A DNA stretch of 64,000 nt, from NCBI GenBank assembly GCA_002269645.1, contig NIVC01001529.1, positions 41,317 through 105,316 on the forward strand, written 5' to 3'. Below the pieces are notes generated by a model, which did no database searches, was not told the origin of the DNA, and worked only from the letters and a program-made list of their open reading frames with translations. Each line of letters opens with the position of its first letter. Within the stretch, counting starts at the first letter, position 1. This DNA comes from Macrostomum lignano (Eukaryota). The position numbers were made by a program, and so were the translations under genes. This document shows positions 1 through 12,457 of the stretch, piece by piece.

Positions 1-234
1 CCTAGTCGTAAAAAGTTTAATCTTCTGCAAGAAACAGAGCATAGCAGTCAGTAGACCCTCTGACTATTGTTTCTTTGTGCCGTTAAAATAATGCTGCTTC
101 CTCTTCAATTATTAATCAATGACGTACTCAATTACATAGATTCACAAATTTAATGCTTCGATCTAAATGTACTATTAAAGCCTTATACTTGCCAATTTTC
201 TCTAGATATACCATTATACTCTTACGCTCCTACT

Positions 235-645
235 CAAATCTGGCTCTACTCTCACCTTTTCATGGCTCTACTCTCACCTCCCCTTCTCTCTACTCTCACC
301 TTCCTCTTCTCTCTACTCTCACCTTCCCTCTCTCTACTCTCACCTTCCACTGGCTCTACTCTCACCTCCCCTCTCTCTACTCTCGCCACCCCCTCTCTAC
401 TCTCACCTTTCACTCTCTCTACTATCATTTTCCTCTGGCTCACTCTCATCCCCTTCTCTCTGCTCTCCCTCCCCTCTCCTAATCTCACCTTCCTCTTCTT
501 CTACTCTACCTTCCCCTTCTCTCTGCTCTCACCTTCCCTTCTTTCTACTCTCACCTCCTTTTCTCTCTACTCTCACCTCCTTTCTCTCTACTCTACCTTT
601 CCCTGACTCTGCCTCTCACTTCCCCTATCTACCCCTCACTTCAGT
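235..645. repeat. CT-rich degenerate tandem repeat (ctctctactctcacctt-like) in the Rac intron
   Basis: Recurring ctactctcacc motif; explains the spurious ORFs 153..606. Confidence 0.9.
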
Positions 646-682
646 CACGCCACCGGCAACCAAAACTCCACTGCACTCTCAC

Positions 683-859
683 CAGCGGTATCCCACAGGC
701 ACAGGTTGACAGACTTCTGCTGCACCATGACATTGGCGCTGTAGGTGTCGAACACGGTGGGAATGTACTCGTCCGGGAACTGGTTGGTGGCGTACGAGAT
801 CAGCAGGCAGGTCTTGCCCACCGCTCCGTCGCCGACAACCACGCACTGATGGACTGCAT
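683..859 (-). CDS. RAC1: Rac-family Rho GTPase, first coding exon (rest of gene lies left of the window); 1-nt deletion after codon 4
   Basis: ATG at 859 reads MQSI; adding one A (ATC AAG TGC) gives [60 protein letters not shown], with P-loop, switch I and Rac-type SANVMV/LWDTAG. Donor GTGAGA at 682. Family assignment is firm; exact orthologue is not. Confidence 0.85.
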
Positions 860-1168
860 GATCGCGGATGAAACCCTGTTGGCCGTCAGTGGTTTAATAA
901 TAAAGCTCGATCTGCAGATAGGTTGAAGCAGCGAGGGGCTTTATTTTTCGCAAATTGCCTAACTGGCGAAATCAGGACCAATTCTCCCGGCTTGGCAACG
1001 GACGCCTCAATTCGCCAATCGAAAAGACCGCTTCATCATTGGCTGCAACCGTTTTTGTCAACTAATTCTTGCGCTGAGCGGTTTTTTCAAATTTAAACTA
1101 CTTTTAGTAGAGTGCATTGGTTTCAAAATTATAATTTGAGGCGCTTCCTATGAAATTCAAATCATACC

Positions 1169-1279
1169 CAATATGGCATCCTGTCACTCAATATGGCATC
1201 CTGTCACTCAATATGGCATCCTGTCACTCAATATGGCACCCTGTCACTCAATATGGCATCCTGTCACTCAATATGCCAC
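1169..1279. repeat. 20-bp tandem repeat caatatggcatcctgtcact, about 5 copies
   Basis: Period of 20 seen directly. Confidence 0.9.
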
Positions 1280-1345
1280 GTTCGTATTCTTTTCAAAATT
1301 AGTCATGACACTAACACAATCACCGTTCTTCATTCCCATCACAGA

Positions 1346-1631
1346 TACTAGAATAACTAATATGGGCCACTCCGCACATTTGCGTGTAAGCTACTTTCAG
1401 TTCAGTAGTAAGTTAAATAGAAGCATTTTAATGTATTTTAAAAGCAAAGGCTCATTTTATTGGCTCTTACCCCCTAGCTTTAAACCCTTCAACCGCGTTT
1501 TTCCACACTACCCCGACCTGCCCTCATTTTTATTGCCTTTCTCGGAATTCCAGCCTAAAGCTGCATGTACATTTCAGTGGACTGGCTGATGTACATTATT
1601 GCTGAACCAATTAGCAAGCTGTTTACGCCTG
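1346..1631 (+). repeat. Dispersed ~285-bp repeat, copy 1 (copy 2 at 44603..44881)
   Basis: Colinear similarity from tactagaataacta through gtttacgcctg in both copies. Confidence 0.85.
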
Positions 1632-2794
1632 AGCTACACGTAGTTATTTTAAAATTTGTGATTCCTACTGATGGTATAGCTGAACTGAAAGATGTGCTTT
1701 GATTTCTTCAACTCTGACCTGCATACAGTACAAGCGTAAGGCCGCTATTTCCGATACAAGGTATGAAATGTGTTGGCAAAAATGCCTTCATTCAGGCCTG
1801 GCGATGACCGATCGCTGCAGACTTTCCTAATCAATAAAAAGGCCAGGTGTGCAGGCTCGTCTCTGGAAATAGGCTACCACAAACTCTAAAATGCAGGCAG
1901 TGAGGCACGTTGGCAAAATTTGTAGCCCCCCCCCCGGAAGAAAGAAGCTACGCGGTGAGTGTTAAGCTAAATCAACTTCTATCTATTTGAGAGGCAGTTG
2001 TTGGCATGAACACTGCTTCATGGGTTAATAAAAAGCTATTTATAGTACAGCTTTGCCTATATTTGTCTTTGACAGTAAATATGCATTCATTTGTCACCCA
2101 ATCCGACATGAATAAATGGTGGGAAAATCTTGACAGAAATTCTTTCAAGGTCAAGAAAATAGAAACGATTTGCTTCAACAATGTTTTCTCGCAAGTCAAG
2201 AATATCTTTAAAAGGCATGAGCAAATTTCTCTCGATTTCCAAGACTTTCTAGCAAGAATTTTTAAGCAAAAGTGCGATTTTTATTCACTTAATTCATTTT
2301 CTATTATCATTAAAACACAAAAAATTCTCATTTTCTTGCAAGAAAAAACTTTCTCTTTTTCTTCATGCCGCCCAGCTTTGCAACTCTTTCGCACCGAAGA
2401 GAATGGCAAATAGTGGTGAGGGGAGACAGTCTCAGAGAGCTAATAGGCTGTAGTAGCTTAGGCGAGAAAGTGTGCTACTCTCCCCGAGCGGATGCCAAAC
2501 AATTGAGCATATTTACCCTGGCAATTTAAATAATAACTCGTAGACAACGTGCCTGCAAGCAGTGCTTGCAAGTTGCAACCCAGATTTGTAGACCCACGTG
2601 CTGGCTGAGAACAGTTTGAGTTTCATTTAGTTCAAATCGGACAGCTCTACGAGTATATATAATTGGAGGAGAAGACTTCGCTGCAGGGTCGCTCAGCCGC
2701 TGAGTTACCAACTGCACAAGTGGTCAAATCAAATCGATAGCTCACATTGTTGTTAAAGAGCTCACTTGCTGTCAAAGAGCTCAAGGCACTCGCC

Positions 2795-4868
2795 ATGCGA
2801 TCGGCCTCCGGGACTTCGAGAACCAATCTGAGCAGTCTCTTGATCCGTTTAAATTCCTCCTTATTGGCCTATCGGTTGTGGCACTTCCACTTGTCCGCCC
2901 TGCTGTTCTCCTTAGTGCTGCTCTCCTGCGCTGTCATGATGCTGATTAAGAGTCAAATTCGCATTGATGATGGGCACAGCAGTTTCATTGCTCTGCAACA
3001 GGAGGTGAGGCTGTCGCTGATGGAGAGACGCGAAATCTCAACGCATTTTTCGCTCCAACTGCATTTTGGCAGCTCTGCAAGGGACGTCGCTCCACCTGTG
3101 GTGAAGAAAATTCACTTCATGTACAAGAGCTTTCAGGTTGACGCGCACTTCAAGTCACTGCTCTCTTCTTGGAGGTAAGTTTACTCTATTTAGCTAGTGT
3201 AATCGAGTCACTGTAACTGTAAGATCTAGAGGAACAATGTGATGCTTTCCACCTGAAACAATACCACCACCACCACCACCACCACCACACCACCACCACC
3301 ACCACCACCACCACCACACCACACCACCACCACCACCACCACCACCACCACCACCACCCACCACCACCACCCCCACCACCACCACCACCACCACCACCAA
3401 CAACAACACAACAACAACAAACAACAACAACAACAACTACAACAAATACACCACTCGCCGGCCACGAGTGGCCAAAACGGGGGAGGTGTCAGAACGCACA
3501 CCTTTGGGCCGCAATTCTCAAAAAAGTCAGCAAATTGAGGCGATTCAATCTGGCTGGTTAAGTTATTCTGTCGGAGAGTCGCTACCGCGAGCCCTGTTAC
3601 ATGACCTGCTGTTATGAACGGCGGAGGGCCGGCGAAGACGAGGCCAAGGACGAACGACGCGCTACCCGAGCTGCTCCTGAGGGATGCGAGAGCCCCCTTT
3701 CTGACTCGGATTGTGGAAGCCAAGACAACACCTCAAGCTAATGCATGCTTCAGCAATCACCAGAGCAGTGCGGTCATTGTTTAGCCTAAGATATACAAGT
3801 AGAATCCTTGGCTGACACGACAGATTTTTTATCTAGTTTGTCACACATGACTTTAAATAATTGTCAAAAAGCTTACCATGCTTCACAGCCTTAGAATTAC
3901 AAACACAGCTAAAAATAAAAAGCATACTCTCGTGCTGCAATTTGAACTTCATGCACCCATGCGCCATACAGAAAGGTGTACCCGGACTACCAAATGTATT
4001 TCTGGACGGACGTAGAGATCGACCTGCTGATCAGTAGCCGCTACCCAGCCTGGCAGGACATGTACTACCGACAGCTGTCCAACTACATGGAGCGATCGGA
4101 CGCCGCCAGAGCCTTCGTGCTGCACGCCATGGGTGGCTGGTACGCCGACCTCGACACCGGCTGCCTAAGCCGGGCGGACCAGGCCGCCAAACACGCTTTG
4201 ATCTTGCCGCTGGAGCCCTACCTGCACGCGCTGAACCACTTCCACATGCGCCGGTTGGTGAGCAACGCCATCATGTACAGCGCTCCGCAGCATCCGTTCT
4301 GGATGTTCTACCTGCACCGGCTGCGACAAACTCTGGCCGGCAAGAAGCCGAGACGGAGCACCTTGCTTGCCGTCGTGATGACGGGACCGGTGCCGCTCAC
4401 GGAGGCCGCGCTCATGTTTCAGCAGGTAATCACAAATTGCTCAGGTGTGTTTTAGGTTTAACCTTGAGACAGTGATACCGCTTTCTTTGCTCACCTCTTG
4501 TGCATCCGCAGGCGCATCAAGATGAAGGCTGTCCCGGACCTTGGTGTCCGCACCTGCCCCCGCCAGTGCAGTTCCTACCGTTTTACGACAACAGCACGTT
4601 GGAGTTGAGAGCCCGCTTCCGCTTCCTGTGCACCCGAAGCCCGTTGGAACGGCTGTTCGACAGCGTCGAGTTCGAGGACGAGTGTCGCCGCTTTGAGCAG
4701 CACGGCTTCGCCAACCCGCCGCTGGACCCAGCCGAGTCGCACGCCTATCACGTGTTCGCGCACCTTAACGAGAGGAAGAACGACAGCGGCGTGAAGGCAG
4801 ACGTGAGGAAGTGGAGGCTGCAACTGCTGCACGGGAGGCGCCTCGTTGCTGAACTTAACATACTGTAA
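2795..4868 (+). CDS. Glycosyltransferase family 32 (DXD, OCH1/SUR1-like), type II membrane protein, 3 exons, ~396 aa
   Basis: Exons 2795..3174, 3972..4425, 4512..4868 with GT/AG sites and matching phases (2,0). N-terminal hydrophobic helix LSALLFSLVLLSCAVMMLI, KKIHFMYK..SSWRKVYPDYQMYFWTD, ERSDAARAFVLHAMGGWYADLD (DXD), VSNAIMYS..HPFW, TGP, and C-terminal HAYHVFAH. Confidence 0.85.
3263..3445. repeat. (CAC)n/(CAA)n microsatellite in GT32 intron 1
   Basis: Seen directly. Confidence 0.95.
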
Positions 4869-5892
4869 AGTGACAGATGTTTAAGAGCAGTGGTTGCGGC
4901 TAGTGCACGCGTACTCGTGCTTTCTTTGTCTTTGAGACAACAAAATTCTATTTACTACCTGCAAAACAGAAACAGATTCGGGAATTTGGCTCTCGCCCAA
5001 ATGTTCTCTGGTTGGTTCGAATGCCACTCGGCGCACCTCAGGAGAGCCAACCCTCAGGACAACGTGTTTCAACTACCTGACGATGAGAAAGTCACAGCCC
5101 GCAGCCCACCCCGAGCAAACAAACCGTTTAATTGTCTCGGAGCAACATTTGCTTCCTATAGTAAAATACACCTTGATTAGCCCAATGTATGTCAAATAAA
5201 TGACGTCTTCCATTGCAAATGCATGAGCCTACAAACCCTAAATACAATAAGAGACTATTAATCATAGTTATTTTGTATACTTTTTAATGCGGATCTGTCT
5301 AGGACCTCTAGATGTTCTTCTTCTTCTAGAAGTCATAACTTCTAGTGGTCTTTGATGAGACTATGAGTATGAGACTCAGGCGATTCATGAATCGTTTTAG
5401 GTATAAAAGGATTATCTTGACAGATTAAGCGGACGAAAATGCAGTGCAAATTATATTAAATTTACTCGCTGTTTGAAAGTTCAGGTTTCGAGCTAAATTA
5501 AACTTTTAGAAACTGGCTTTCAGACCGGACGTTCGCTGCCAGTTCATATTGCCATAAATGCGATAAAAAATCACACATTTCAAGCAAACGCACATCATTC
5601 AAAGCAGCAATGCAGGTTGGCACGGTCCAAACCAGCCTCAGCATCTGCGCTTGAAATCCTGCGGTTGAATTGAAACGCACTAATGGCTACCAATGGCTAG
5701 CTATGGATCGAAGTACACCCCTGCATGCACAACTGACAGGCTAGTTGTTAGAATCATGTCTATCCATGTTTACGCAGAATCCAGCCTAACATACAGTTTC
5801 GTGTGCCAATTCTTCCAACATAAACGTTTTGCCACTCGCAGCGAAGCCAAAGCAGCATTGGTTTCGCAGAGCTGCCCAACAGGCTGCCAAAA

Positions 5893-8800
5893 ATGTTCGG
5901 CGACTTCGGCGACTCCGACTTCGCAGATTTGCCTCCACCGCCGCCTGAGTTCGCCGACGAGTCGCCGAGCAGCCGCCTGCGCAGCCTACGGGCGGCTCAA
6001 CTTTCCGTCCGTCTTCGACAACTTCTGGCGATTTTCGCGGCAGCTTAGTTGAGGATAGGAAGTTCCTTGACGACTACTTCTGCAACCTGACGCGCACTGA
6101 AGCCCTGGAGGCTCTGGAGGCGGTTCAAATGGTATTTTTGGCGAGGACTTCTGGGTTTTACGAGCTAAAATGCCAAGTATAATCGCGTCTGCAAAATTCT
6201 AAGGCTGGTTTTACTATCATTAAAGTTATTCAGCATATTTATAGTTATTCATTTGAGCCCATTCCTAAAGAAACCAGAAGCAAAGCCGGACAATGTTCTT
6301 GTAAATGTTACAGGCCCCCAAAAGTTTGTTATATGGATTTGCAATGAGGGCAGAGCTGACCTTTTAAATCGGTTGAGCCGTTTTTTTTGAAATCCATCAA
6401 ATACCAACCATATGCATACAGATAACTCATTTTTAGTATATAGGACTAGCAATCTACGAGTAGTGCACCCCCCTTTGGGGCGGCCAATAAGCAGGGGACG
6501 AAATAGTAAAATGACCCAGTGACCGATTGACAGATCATTCGAGTCTCTCATACGAGTATGTATCTTACTACGTGTCAGATTGCAGTTGGTTTCTGCAATC
6601 AGATAAATCCCGGACATGTTTATCGATGCTAGGAACCGGTGGACAACTGTACTCCCAGTCGGTGGGCTCAGTCTTTCAAGTCCCCCGGTGAAAAAAAACA
6701 TTGCAGGAAGGCGCCTACATTGTTCGGCCGGGAAGCGGCAGTCCCTACTGCATCTCATTCCTGCACGGCGGCGAGACGAAGCACGTGAAAATTCAGCGCA
6801 GCAGCAATGCTCAGTTTTTCTTAGGTGAAGCTAAAATTGAAATGGTGAGTGTCTTCAGCACGATGTTCTGAGTAATTTGGCTATTCCATCTTGAGTCTAT
6901 ATAGGAATATTTTCGTGCCATCCATTTTTAGCTGTTCGACTCTATGTCTCAGCTGATGGACTACCTGACTAAGAATGTCATCCAAGGTGTCAACGGAGTT
7001 GTGTTTCGATTGATTATCAACGCCAAGCCCTACTCGCAAAGGCAAGTGTACAGTTGATGGATAGTGAACAGAAACTCAGCTTATAAGAATTCATTGCATA
7101 GGCACTGCTTATCCATATGATGTGCCAATTGTCAATCGCACGGAATCCGATGTCGGGAATCCGACATAGATCCTAAATACCCGCACAGACATCCTGACGG
7201 TGACTGTTTCAGGTAAAAATAGCTAAAAGCCATACATGGTAAGAGATTCCTTTGTAGCCTGCAGTCAAATCCCGTCGTCCCAGCCGAGCCCTACTGCAGT
7301 GTCAACACTGGAGATTACTGACTCAATTAACTTAACTACTCAATAAATTTCAGCCTCGGAGTACACAGATCGCAGCCGTCTCCCGGCATTGGCAATTCTC
7401 ACCTGCCGTACTCTCAGCATCATCAGTCGCCGCCAGCGCGGGTACCGACAGCTCCCGAAGTCAGCAACGGTGGCGGTAGGCCGCCCATGCCACGGCGAAA
7501 CTCCTCGTTTGCTTCTTCGTTCGGCGGTGGCGGCGGCGGCACCGAGTTCACCAGCGCGACTCTGCCGGGACAGCCGGAGCAGTTGGGCGACAGTTTCAGC
7601 GCAGGAACCGGCCAGTCGCCGGAAAAGCAGCCGGAGGCGCCGCGGCTCCGGCCACTGGTTCAACAGCGCTACTATGGCGACGTGCGACGCGATGAAGCCG
7701 AAGCCCACCTGATGAACACTCGGATTGTGAGCGATGGTTTTATAAAACTGCTTACCGACATCGTGGAAAGAAATCTAGAGAGTGAGACTAGAGACTGAGG
7801 AGAGACTAGGACAGAAGAGACTAGAGATGAGAGACTAGAGAGAGAATAGATATAGACTAGAGAGAGAGACTAAAGAGAGACTAGAGAGACTAGAGAGAGA
7901 CCACAGAGACTAGAGAGAGACTAGAGAGAGACTAGAGAGGCCAGAGAGATACTAGAGAGAGACTAGATAGAGACTAGAGAGAGACTAGAGAGACTAGAGA
8001 GAGAGGCCAGAGAGAGACTAGAGAGAGACTAGAGAGAGACTAGAGAGAGACTAGAGAGAGAGGCCAGAGAGAGACTAGAGAGAGACTAGAGAGGCCAGAG
8101 AGATACTAGAGAGAGACTAGATAGAGACTAGAGAGAGACTAGAGAGACTAGAGAGAGGCCAGAGAGAGACTAGAGAGAGACTAGAGAGAGACTAGAGAGA
8201 GACTAGAGAGAGACTAGAGAGAGACTAGAGAGAGACTAGAGAGAGACTAGAGAGACTAGAGAGAGGCCAGAGAGAGACTAGAGAGAGACTAGAGAGAGAC
8301 TAGAGAGAGGCCAGAGAGAGACTAGAGAGACTAGAGAGAGTCCAGAGAGAGACTAGAGAGACTAGAGAGAGGCCAGATAGAGACTAGAGAGAGACTAGAG
8401 AGAGGCCAGAGAGAGACTAGAGAGAGGCTAGAGAGAGACTAGAGAGAGACTAGAGAGAGGCCAGAGAGAGACTAGAGAAAGGCCAGAGAGAGACTAGAGA
8501 GAGGCTAGAGAGAGACTAGAGAGAGACTAGAGAGAGGCCAGAGAGAGACTAGAGAAAGGCCAGAGAGAGACTAGAGAGAGGCCAGAGAGAGACTAGAGAG
8601 AGACTAGAGAGAGGCCAAAGAGAGACTAGAGAGAGGCTAGAGAGAGACTAGAGAGAGACTAGAGAAAGGCCAGAGAGAGACTAGAGAGAGGCCAGAGAGA
8701 GACTAGAGAAAGGCCAGAGAGAGACTAGAGAAAGGCCAGAGAGAGACTAGAGAGAGGCCAGAGAGAGACTAGAGAGAGACTAGAGAGAGGCCAAAGAGAG

Positions 8801-9757
8801 ACTAGAGAGAGGCTAGAGAGAGACTAGAGAGAGACTAGAGAAAGGCCAGAGAGAGACTAGAGAGAGGCCAGAGAGAGACTAGAGAAAGGCCAGAGAGAGA
8901 CTAGAGAGAGGCCAGAGAGAGACTTGAGAAAGGCCAGAGAGAGACTAGAGAGAGGCCAGTTAGCACTAGAGGGAGAACCAGTAGAAAACACTAGAATTGT
9001 GGGCGTTAGTTACTATCGAAAAGCACCTTACTGGCGACACGTATACAGCATCCTGATTAGACATTACACTGTTTCATCGTGCAGAAAGAGCTTCTAATTT
9101 ATTACTCTGAAATAATTAGTCTCAGAATTTTCCAAACGTGTTTACTATCGATAAGACTTTTATCGACTTGCTTGCACTTTTTCCTACTTGCACAGGAGGG
9201 CCAGTTCCTGGTGCGGCCCAGCAAGGCCTCAGCCTACTGCCTGTCCGTGTTTCACAGGGGCCGAGTTGTTCACCTGAAGATTGTGTGCGTTTCCAATCGC
9301 TTCGTGTTGGAGCAGCTGCTTAACGATGGCCAGGTGAGAATTGAGTGATTTTTAGCGCGATTTCTGTTTGTATTTTCTTCTGCACATGCGGAACCGAGAG
9401 GCAGTGAACTCAGTGAACTCACTCACTTCGCGTGTTCGCTGCATGTTCATTGGCACCTGAGTCAGTCAGCAACGCCTTCAGTCCTCTAGTGTCTTCACTT
9501 CAAGTTTATGATTTAAGCCAGTACCCGTATCGGTACCCGTATCGGTACCCGTATCGGTACCCGTATCGGTACCCGTATCGGTACCCGTATCGGTACCTGT
9601 ATCGGTACACGTTTCATTCTCTTTCGCATCGACCACAACTGCAAACGCATTGCAGACGTATGCCAATGTGCCCGATCTGATTGACTCCTTGGCCCTGAGC
9701 CAGCGAACTCTCACTCTGATGAACGGGGACTCCATCGTGCTCAGAATGATGGACTGA
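5893..9757 (+). CDS. Tandem SH2-domain protein with no catalytic domain, 6 exons, ~366 aa; one 1-nt deletion in exon 1
   Basis: Exons 5893..6131, 6707..6844, 6932..7041 (GC donor GCAAGT), 7354..7726, 9196..9333, 9656..9757; phases are consistent once 1 nt is restored near 5965. SH2-1: YFCNLTRTEAL/EGAYIVRPG..PYCIS..KHVKI/LFDSMSQLMDY. SH2-2: YYGDVRRDEAE/EGQFLVRPS..AYCLSV..VHLKI/TYANVPDLID, then a stop. Confidence 0.8.
7790..8960. repeat. GA-rich minisatellite (gagactagaga / gaggccaga units) in SH2-gene intron 4
   Basis: Seen directly. Confidence 0.95.
9521..9608. repeat. 12-bp tandem repeat gtacccgtatcg in SH2-gene intron 5
   Basis: About 7 copies, seen directly. Confidence 0.9.
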
Positions 9758-10438
9758 ACTCAGCCGATGATGCCCTGCAAAATCACCGACAACACGAGAA
9801 AACTTGTCTATTCAAAGCATAAGAATTTTAAGGAAACTTTACTCCAGACACTGAAAAGTTAACTTCACCACTTTTGCAAGTCTGCCTTCACCGATTCGTG
9901 TTTGAAACTGGGATTCAATTTTCCTCAAAAGTTTGGTCAGTCGGTGAAAGCGACCTGTCAAAAGTTTGAACTTAATTGATCTTTCGTGTAACATTTGGCC
10001 CCGTTTTTCTATGCTGACAGTAAATAATATGCTGCATGCACCGTTGATGCCACTTCAGTAGTATGAATGGTGAAATGTCAACTAAAAATTCATTCATTTT
10101 ATGAGACACTAGCTGATGTTACTCGCTTGGGATAATGCCTGTTTGATTAACTGCCTGTACATGTACATGTGAATCGTTAAAGAGAATCTAAGTCGAGATC
10201 TGACTTCGCGAAACAAATGCCAAATTGATTTCAGTTTTATTTCATCTGCAGTTGTTCTGAAGCATCGGAAAACGCTTTGCAAATATAATAAATTTAAACT
10301 CTGCAAAAAACGATTCGAGTTTTACGCTGAATTGGGTTCCGTAACCAAAGAATGTGGTACCAGTGTCAGGCAATCTGGGAATAAAATTAGTCGACTCAAT
10401 CAGACCCATCATCAGTTGCATTAGAAGTTGAAGCAAGC

Positions 10439-11641
10439 TCAAAGCAGTGAGCAGCAGCATTGCTGCGGATAGTCCGGAAAGTACACCCTCCGGTCCAGGC
10501 CATAGACAAAGAACTTGCCGCCCTGGTCCTCGAACTTCCAGTCCACTTCGGTGACAGGGGTGGCGAGCACCGTGTGTCGCATGGCCAGGATGCGACCCTC
10601 CTTGCTGTACTTCGCCGACATGGCGGGCAGCAACTCCTTGGAGAACTGGACGATGCACTGCTCGGGAAACTCGTTCAGCGGAGTCAAAACCTCGCCCTCG
10701 TCGCGGTACATCTCCTGACCTTTAACCTCTGACACCAGCTTGTCGGGCAGGGCGGTCTCCTCGTGGATCTTGTCCTCCTGGTGGGCCTCCCACTTGAAGT
10801 GATTTCGCACGCACCATTTGAGCTTCTTCTGCCCGGAGCAGGTCTTGCACTTGTACTTTCCCGAGCCGTGGCATCGGCCGCACGCGCTCTGGCCGCTGCC
10901 GCCGCAGGACCAGCACGGCACCTCGCCCTCGGGGCCGGCGACTAAGCCTCCACCATTGCAGCCGGAGCAGGGAAAGTGCGCCTGTCCCTTGCAGTCGCGG
11001 CAGCGGACCTGGCCCTTGCCCTTGCAGTACCAGCACTTGCGCACTGAGGCCGTGTGCGGCACCTCCGCTTTGCGCTTCTCCTCCTTCCACTGCTGCTTCG
11101 GCAGCATCTCCATGTCCCAGGGCATGGGCGCAGCTCCGGCCGCCGGCGGGTCCAGCTTGTCGCCCTTCTTGTAGCCCTGGCTGATCCACTTCACCTTGCG
11201 CACCTCGACGAACATCTCGCATCGGTAGATGAACGCGTTGGTGAGCTTCAAGTTGCTGATTGACATCCCCTCGGCGGCGCTGGAGCGCCAGCAGGCCTGC
11301 GAGTTGACGAACTTCAGCAGCGCTGCCCGCACCTCCGGTTCGTCCATTTTGCCGACGTCTTTGGGCAAATCAATCGGCGTCGCCTTAGCCTCCTTGGTGA
11401 CCGAGGCGGCCGGAGGCGGCAGGAAGCGGGTCTTCTTGCGCTCCTCGCCCTTCTTTCTGTAAGCTGGCGGCCCGATGATGCTCTCGTAGGCGGGCACCTT
11501 CTCGGCGCGGTACTTGTGGTCCTTGCCCTTGGCCGCCTTCTTGTTCATCTTCTTCTGCTCGTCTGAGCTGGACGACGCCAGCGAGGTCTCCGACGAGGAA
11601 TAGTCAGTGTCAATTTCTAAAACGCCGATCTTGAAGCCCAT
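10439..11641 (-). CDS. SSUH2: SSUH2 homolog (DnaJ-like CxxCxGxG zinc-finger repeats), single exon, ~400 aa
   Basis: Likely ATG at 11641 (MGFKIG). Motifs EVRAALLKFVNSQACW, VPHTASVRKCWYCKGKG, repeated CxxCxGxG, and FFVYGLDRRVYFPDYPQQCCCSLL match the SSUH2 family pattern; C-terminal CaaX-like CSLL. Confidence 0.85.
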   Translation of the reverse strand: MGFKIGVLEIDTDYSSSETSLASSSSDEQKKMNKKAAKGKDHKYRAEKVPAYESIIGPPAYRKKGEERKKTRFLPPPAASVTKEAKATPIDLPKDVGKMDEPEVRAALLKFVNSQACWRSSAAEGMSISNLKLTNAFIYRCEMFVEVRKVKWISQGYKKGDKLDPPAAGAAPMPWDMEMLPKQQWKEEKRKAEVPHTASVRKCWYCKGKGQVRCRDCKGQAHFPCSGCNGGGLVAGPEGEVPCWSCGGSGQSACGRCHGSGKYKCKTCSGQKKLKWCVRNHFKWEAHQEDKIHEETALPDKLVSEVKGQEMYRDEGEVLTPLNEFPEQCIVQFSKELLPAMSAKYSKEGRILAMRHTVLATPVTEVDWKFEDQGGKFFVYGLDRRVYFPDYPQQCCCSLL

Positions 11642-12457
11642 TGTGCTGCTTCGCGGTCGCTGGTGAGTTTGATTTGCCGATGCAAATGCGATGCGATGCC
11701 TAGTCTTATTTATATTGATGAAGCCACCGTCACCATGGCAGCAGCCACAGCGGGGGCAGAGATGGAGGTGGAGGCAGATAAGGCAGAGTGAGCAGTCTGA
11801 GAGTGAGCAGTCTGAATCAGAAAAGAATCTTACCGATGCGGCCTGCACAATGAAAGCTTTATCGTGCAGAGTAAACTTTGTTGCTATGGCGACGCCAACG
11901 CTCACTCTGCGAGATGCGCCTCCTTCTCTCCTCTCTCCCCTACACGCATGGTAAATATAGCAGAATACCTCTCTGCGGCTCTGCATTACCAAAGGCAGAC
12001 AAGATAAAGAGAAACATTTGGTTTCTTTTCGAGCGGCTGCAGTGTGCTCAAGTCTTTGAGACATGACAAACTAATCTTGCTTCGCTGTGATATTTTCATT
12101 CACTTGCGTCAATTAGGTTTCCCTAGCGCCTCTTCTATAATGAAGCTGCTGTGTCAACTGTTGGGAACTATTTGCAATTGCTATGGAACCCTGCGTTGCT
12201 AATGTCAACAAATTAGTCTGCCAGGCATTGCCGACAGGCAGCTGAGATGCTGGAATCCTAGTCTATTCAATTTTAAATTGTTCATTTGAGATTAGGCAGC
12301 ACACAATGGTTTATGCACTCTTCACGGACAAAGGGCGGAAATCCCCTCGGCCAGGTACGCCTGATTTAAGATATCTGGACTAGGAATAGAGATCTGAGTG
12401 TACGCTCCACTCCCAATCAGAGCTCTGTGACCGTTCCCTGATCTTAGCACGCCTCCC

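Noticed and set aside
11642-12064. N-terminal extension of the SSUH2 ORF in the track
   Set aside because: Low-complexity, UTR-like composition; the ATG at 11641 gives a family-typical length.
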